Of a stretch of DNA of 59,054 bases, positions 57,921 to 59,054 are shown in pieces. The notes under the pieces are model-generated. The model was not told where the DNA came from, did no database searches, and saw nothing but the letters and a program-made list of their open reading frames with translations. Position 1 is the first letter of the stretch. Every line of letters begins with the position of its first letter. This DNA is from Candidatus Moraniibacteriota bacterium (lineage in GTDB: Bacteria; Patescibacteriota; Minisyncoccia; Moranbacterales; UBA1568). The stretch spans positions 1 to 59,054 of the forward strand of contig JAAXXZ010000006.1 of NCBI GenBank assembly GCA_013334245.1. The letters run 5' to 3'. Both the position numbers and the translations under genes were made by a program.

Positions 57921-58697
57921 ATGACACCAAAGGAATGGAAAATCGATAAGAAGACGGGCTTTCTGATGAATCCGGATGTACCGGATGATCGTGACGATAT
58001 GCCGATTCCGAGCTTGAAAGCCGATGACGAGGTGAAGGCCGGAAGCGGAATCGACGATGTCACGAGTGTCGATGAGCTCCGTGGTGGAGGATATGACGCG
58101 AAAACGCTTCGTGATTTCAATAGAAGAAAGGAGGCGGAGCGGCAGAAGAAAGAAGGAAGTGTCTATGAATCCCCGGAAGAGCTTGAACGGACGTATGCCG
58201 AGCTGAAAGGAAAGCTCGACGAGGTCGCGCCGCGGATGGAGAGTGCACTGAGGAAGCTCTGCGGGTGTGCCGGAATCGAATTGGGAGAAGATATTTCCGA
58301 TACTCAGCCCGAAAGTCCGAAGGAGGAGGCGCTCATGGAAGAAATCCGTTCGCTGATCACGGCCGCGTACGCCAAGGAAGTCGCCGGAAACGGGCCTGAA
58401 ACGAAACTGAGCTTCGAACAGGCGAACGAGGCGTTCGATGCATACAAGGAATATGGGCCGGTCCGGAAGGAATACAGTGCTTTGGACGACGAGCTTTTCC
58501 CGGTCATATCGAGAATGCGGCGCGGAGGACTTCTTCCGGAAGATCCGGCGGTGATTGCGGAGAGGGAAAGGCGTGAGCAGGAGCGTGTCCAGAAGCAGGA
58601 AGAGCAGAAACGGCTTGCCGAACAGGCGGATCATGAGGCATCGGAAAAAATCAGAAAAGGATTACTGGACTTTTTTTCAAAAAAGAAAGGGGATTAG
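57921..58697 (+). CDS. Hypothetical charged, helical protein
   Basis: 258 aa; AAGGA RBS upstream. Confidence 0.7.
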   Translation: MTPKEWKIDKKTGFLMNPDVPDDRDDMPIPSLKADDEVKAGSGIDDVTSVDELRGGGYDAKTLRDFNRRKEAERQKKEGSVYESPEELERTYAELKGKLDEVAPRMESALRKLCGCAGIELGEDISDTQPESPKEEALMEEIRSLITAAYAKEVAGNGPETKLSFEQANEAFDAYKEYGPVRKEYSALDDELFPVISRMRRGGLLPEDPAVIAERERREQERVQKQEEQKRLAEQADHEASEKIRKGLLDFFSKKKGD

Positions 58698-58836
58698 CAG
58701 TATCTCGTCTTTCCCCTTTACTTTCGGCTTGAAAAGGTGTATACTGGTCTTGTAGTGAAAACGGGTGCCCCAGCCGGGGAACCCGTATTTCGTTTGAAGA
58801 ACTACAAAAGTCGGTGTTAAGCCGTAACACAAACCT

Positions 58837-59010
58837 ATGGAAAACAACTCCATGGTTGAGTCGGGTCAGGTGCACAGCGCGAACGAAGGTTCGAAGACAT
58901 GCGCCTCGTGTCGACGGGCACAGGAGGCAGAGGAAATGGCATTCGCTTTTCTTCTGGCCCTGATGCCGGTCATCACGTTGACCCTCTTCGGGAACATGGG
59001 ACTGGTGTGA
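58837..59010 (+). CDS. 57-aa protein with CxxC and C-terminal TM helix (not in ORF track)
   Basis: MENNSMVESGQVHSANEGSKTCASCRRAQEAEEMAFAFLLALMPVITLTLFGNMGLV*; promoter TTTACT-17-TATACT at 58717-58745. Confidence 0.65.
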   Translation: MENNSMVESGQVHSANEGSKTCASCRRAQEAEEMAFAFLLALMPVITLTLFGNMGLV

Positions 59011-59032
59011 ATGTGTCCCTGAGTTTCCAAAA

Positions 59033-59054
59033 AACCGCCCGATATCGGGCGGTT
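59033..59054. terminator. Palindromic terminator at window end
   Basis: AACCGCCCGAT|ATCGGGCGGTT. Confidence 0.6.

Noticed and set aside
1-59054. Alternative genetic code (TGA read as Gly)
   Set aside because: Conserved genes are full length in code 11 and several end at TGA.

Overview
A 59-kb chromosomal window around the replication origin (jag-yidC-rnpA-rpmH | dnaA-oriC-dnaN-DUF721) of a small-genome bacterium. Gene repertoire (Patescibacteria-type pilin, tandem PilB, FemAB-like protein, tRNAs without encoded CCA) suggests Patescibacteria/Parcubacteria; this is an inference. The first ~9.6 kb is accessory: an IS transposase 3' end, then a ~9.2-kb integrative element inserted at the 3' end of tRNA-Gly(GCC) by a large serine recombinase. 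Its inferred 5-bp crossover (TGAGC at 381-385 and 9612-9616) would give the recombinase a different C-terminus after excision and restore a tRNA-terminator arrangement at the empty site. The element carries an Avs2-like STAND NTPase with no N-terminal effector, a divergent stand-alone PD-(D/E)xK nuclease preceded by a structured RNA, a helicase module, and several leader RNAs with alternative folds. The core region has five tRNAs plus a palindrome-disrupted tRNA-Val copy, AhpC/SOD, a pilin-metallopeptidase-like fusion, a glycosylation locus, PBP1A, a four-gene ATP-grasp/7TM/peptidase cluster, ruvABC, a probable 6S RNA, a SET protein, double-ATPase PilB, polA, holA, an AT-rich C-R-M restriction cassette, and a GIY-YIG gene inside six REP-like palindromes. 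All family calls come from motif recognition by eye; no searches were run.
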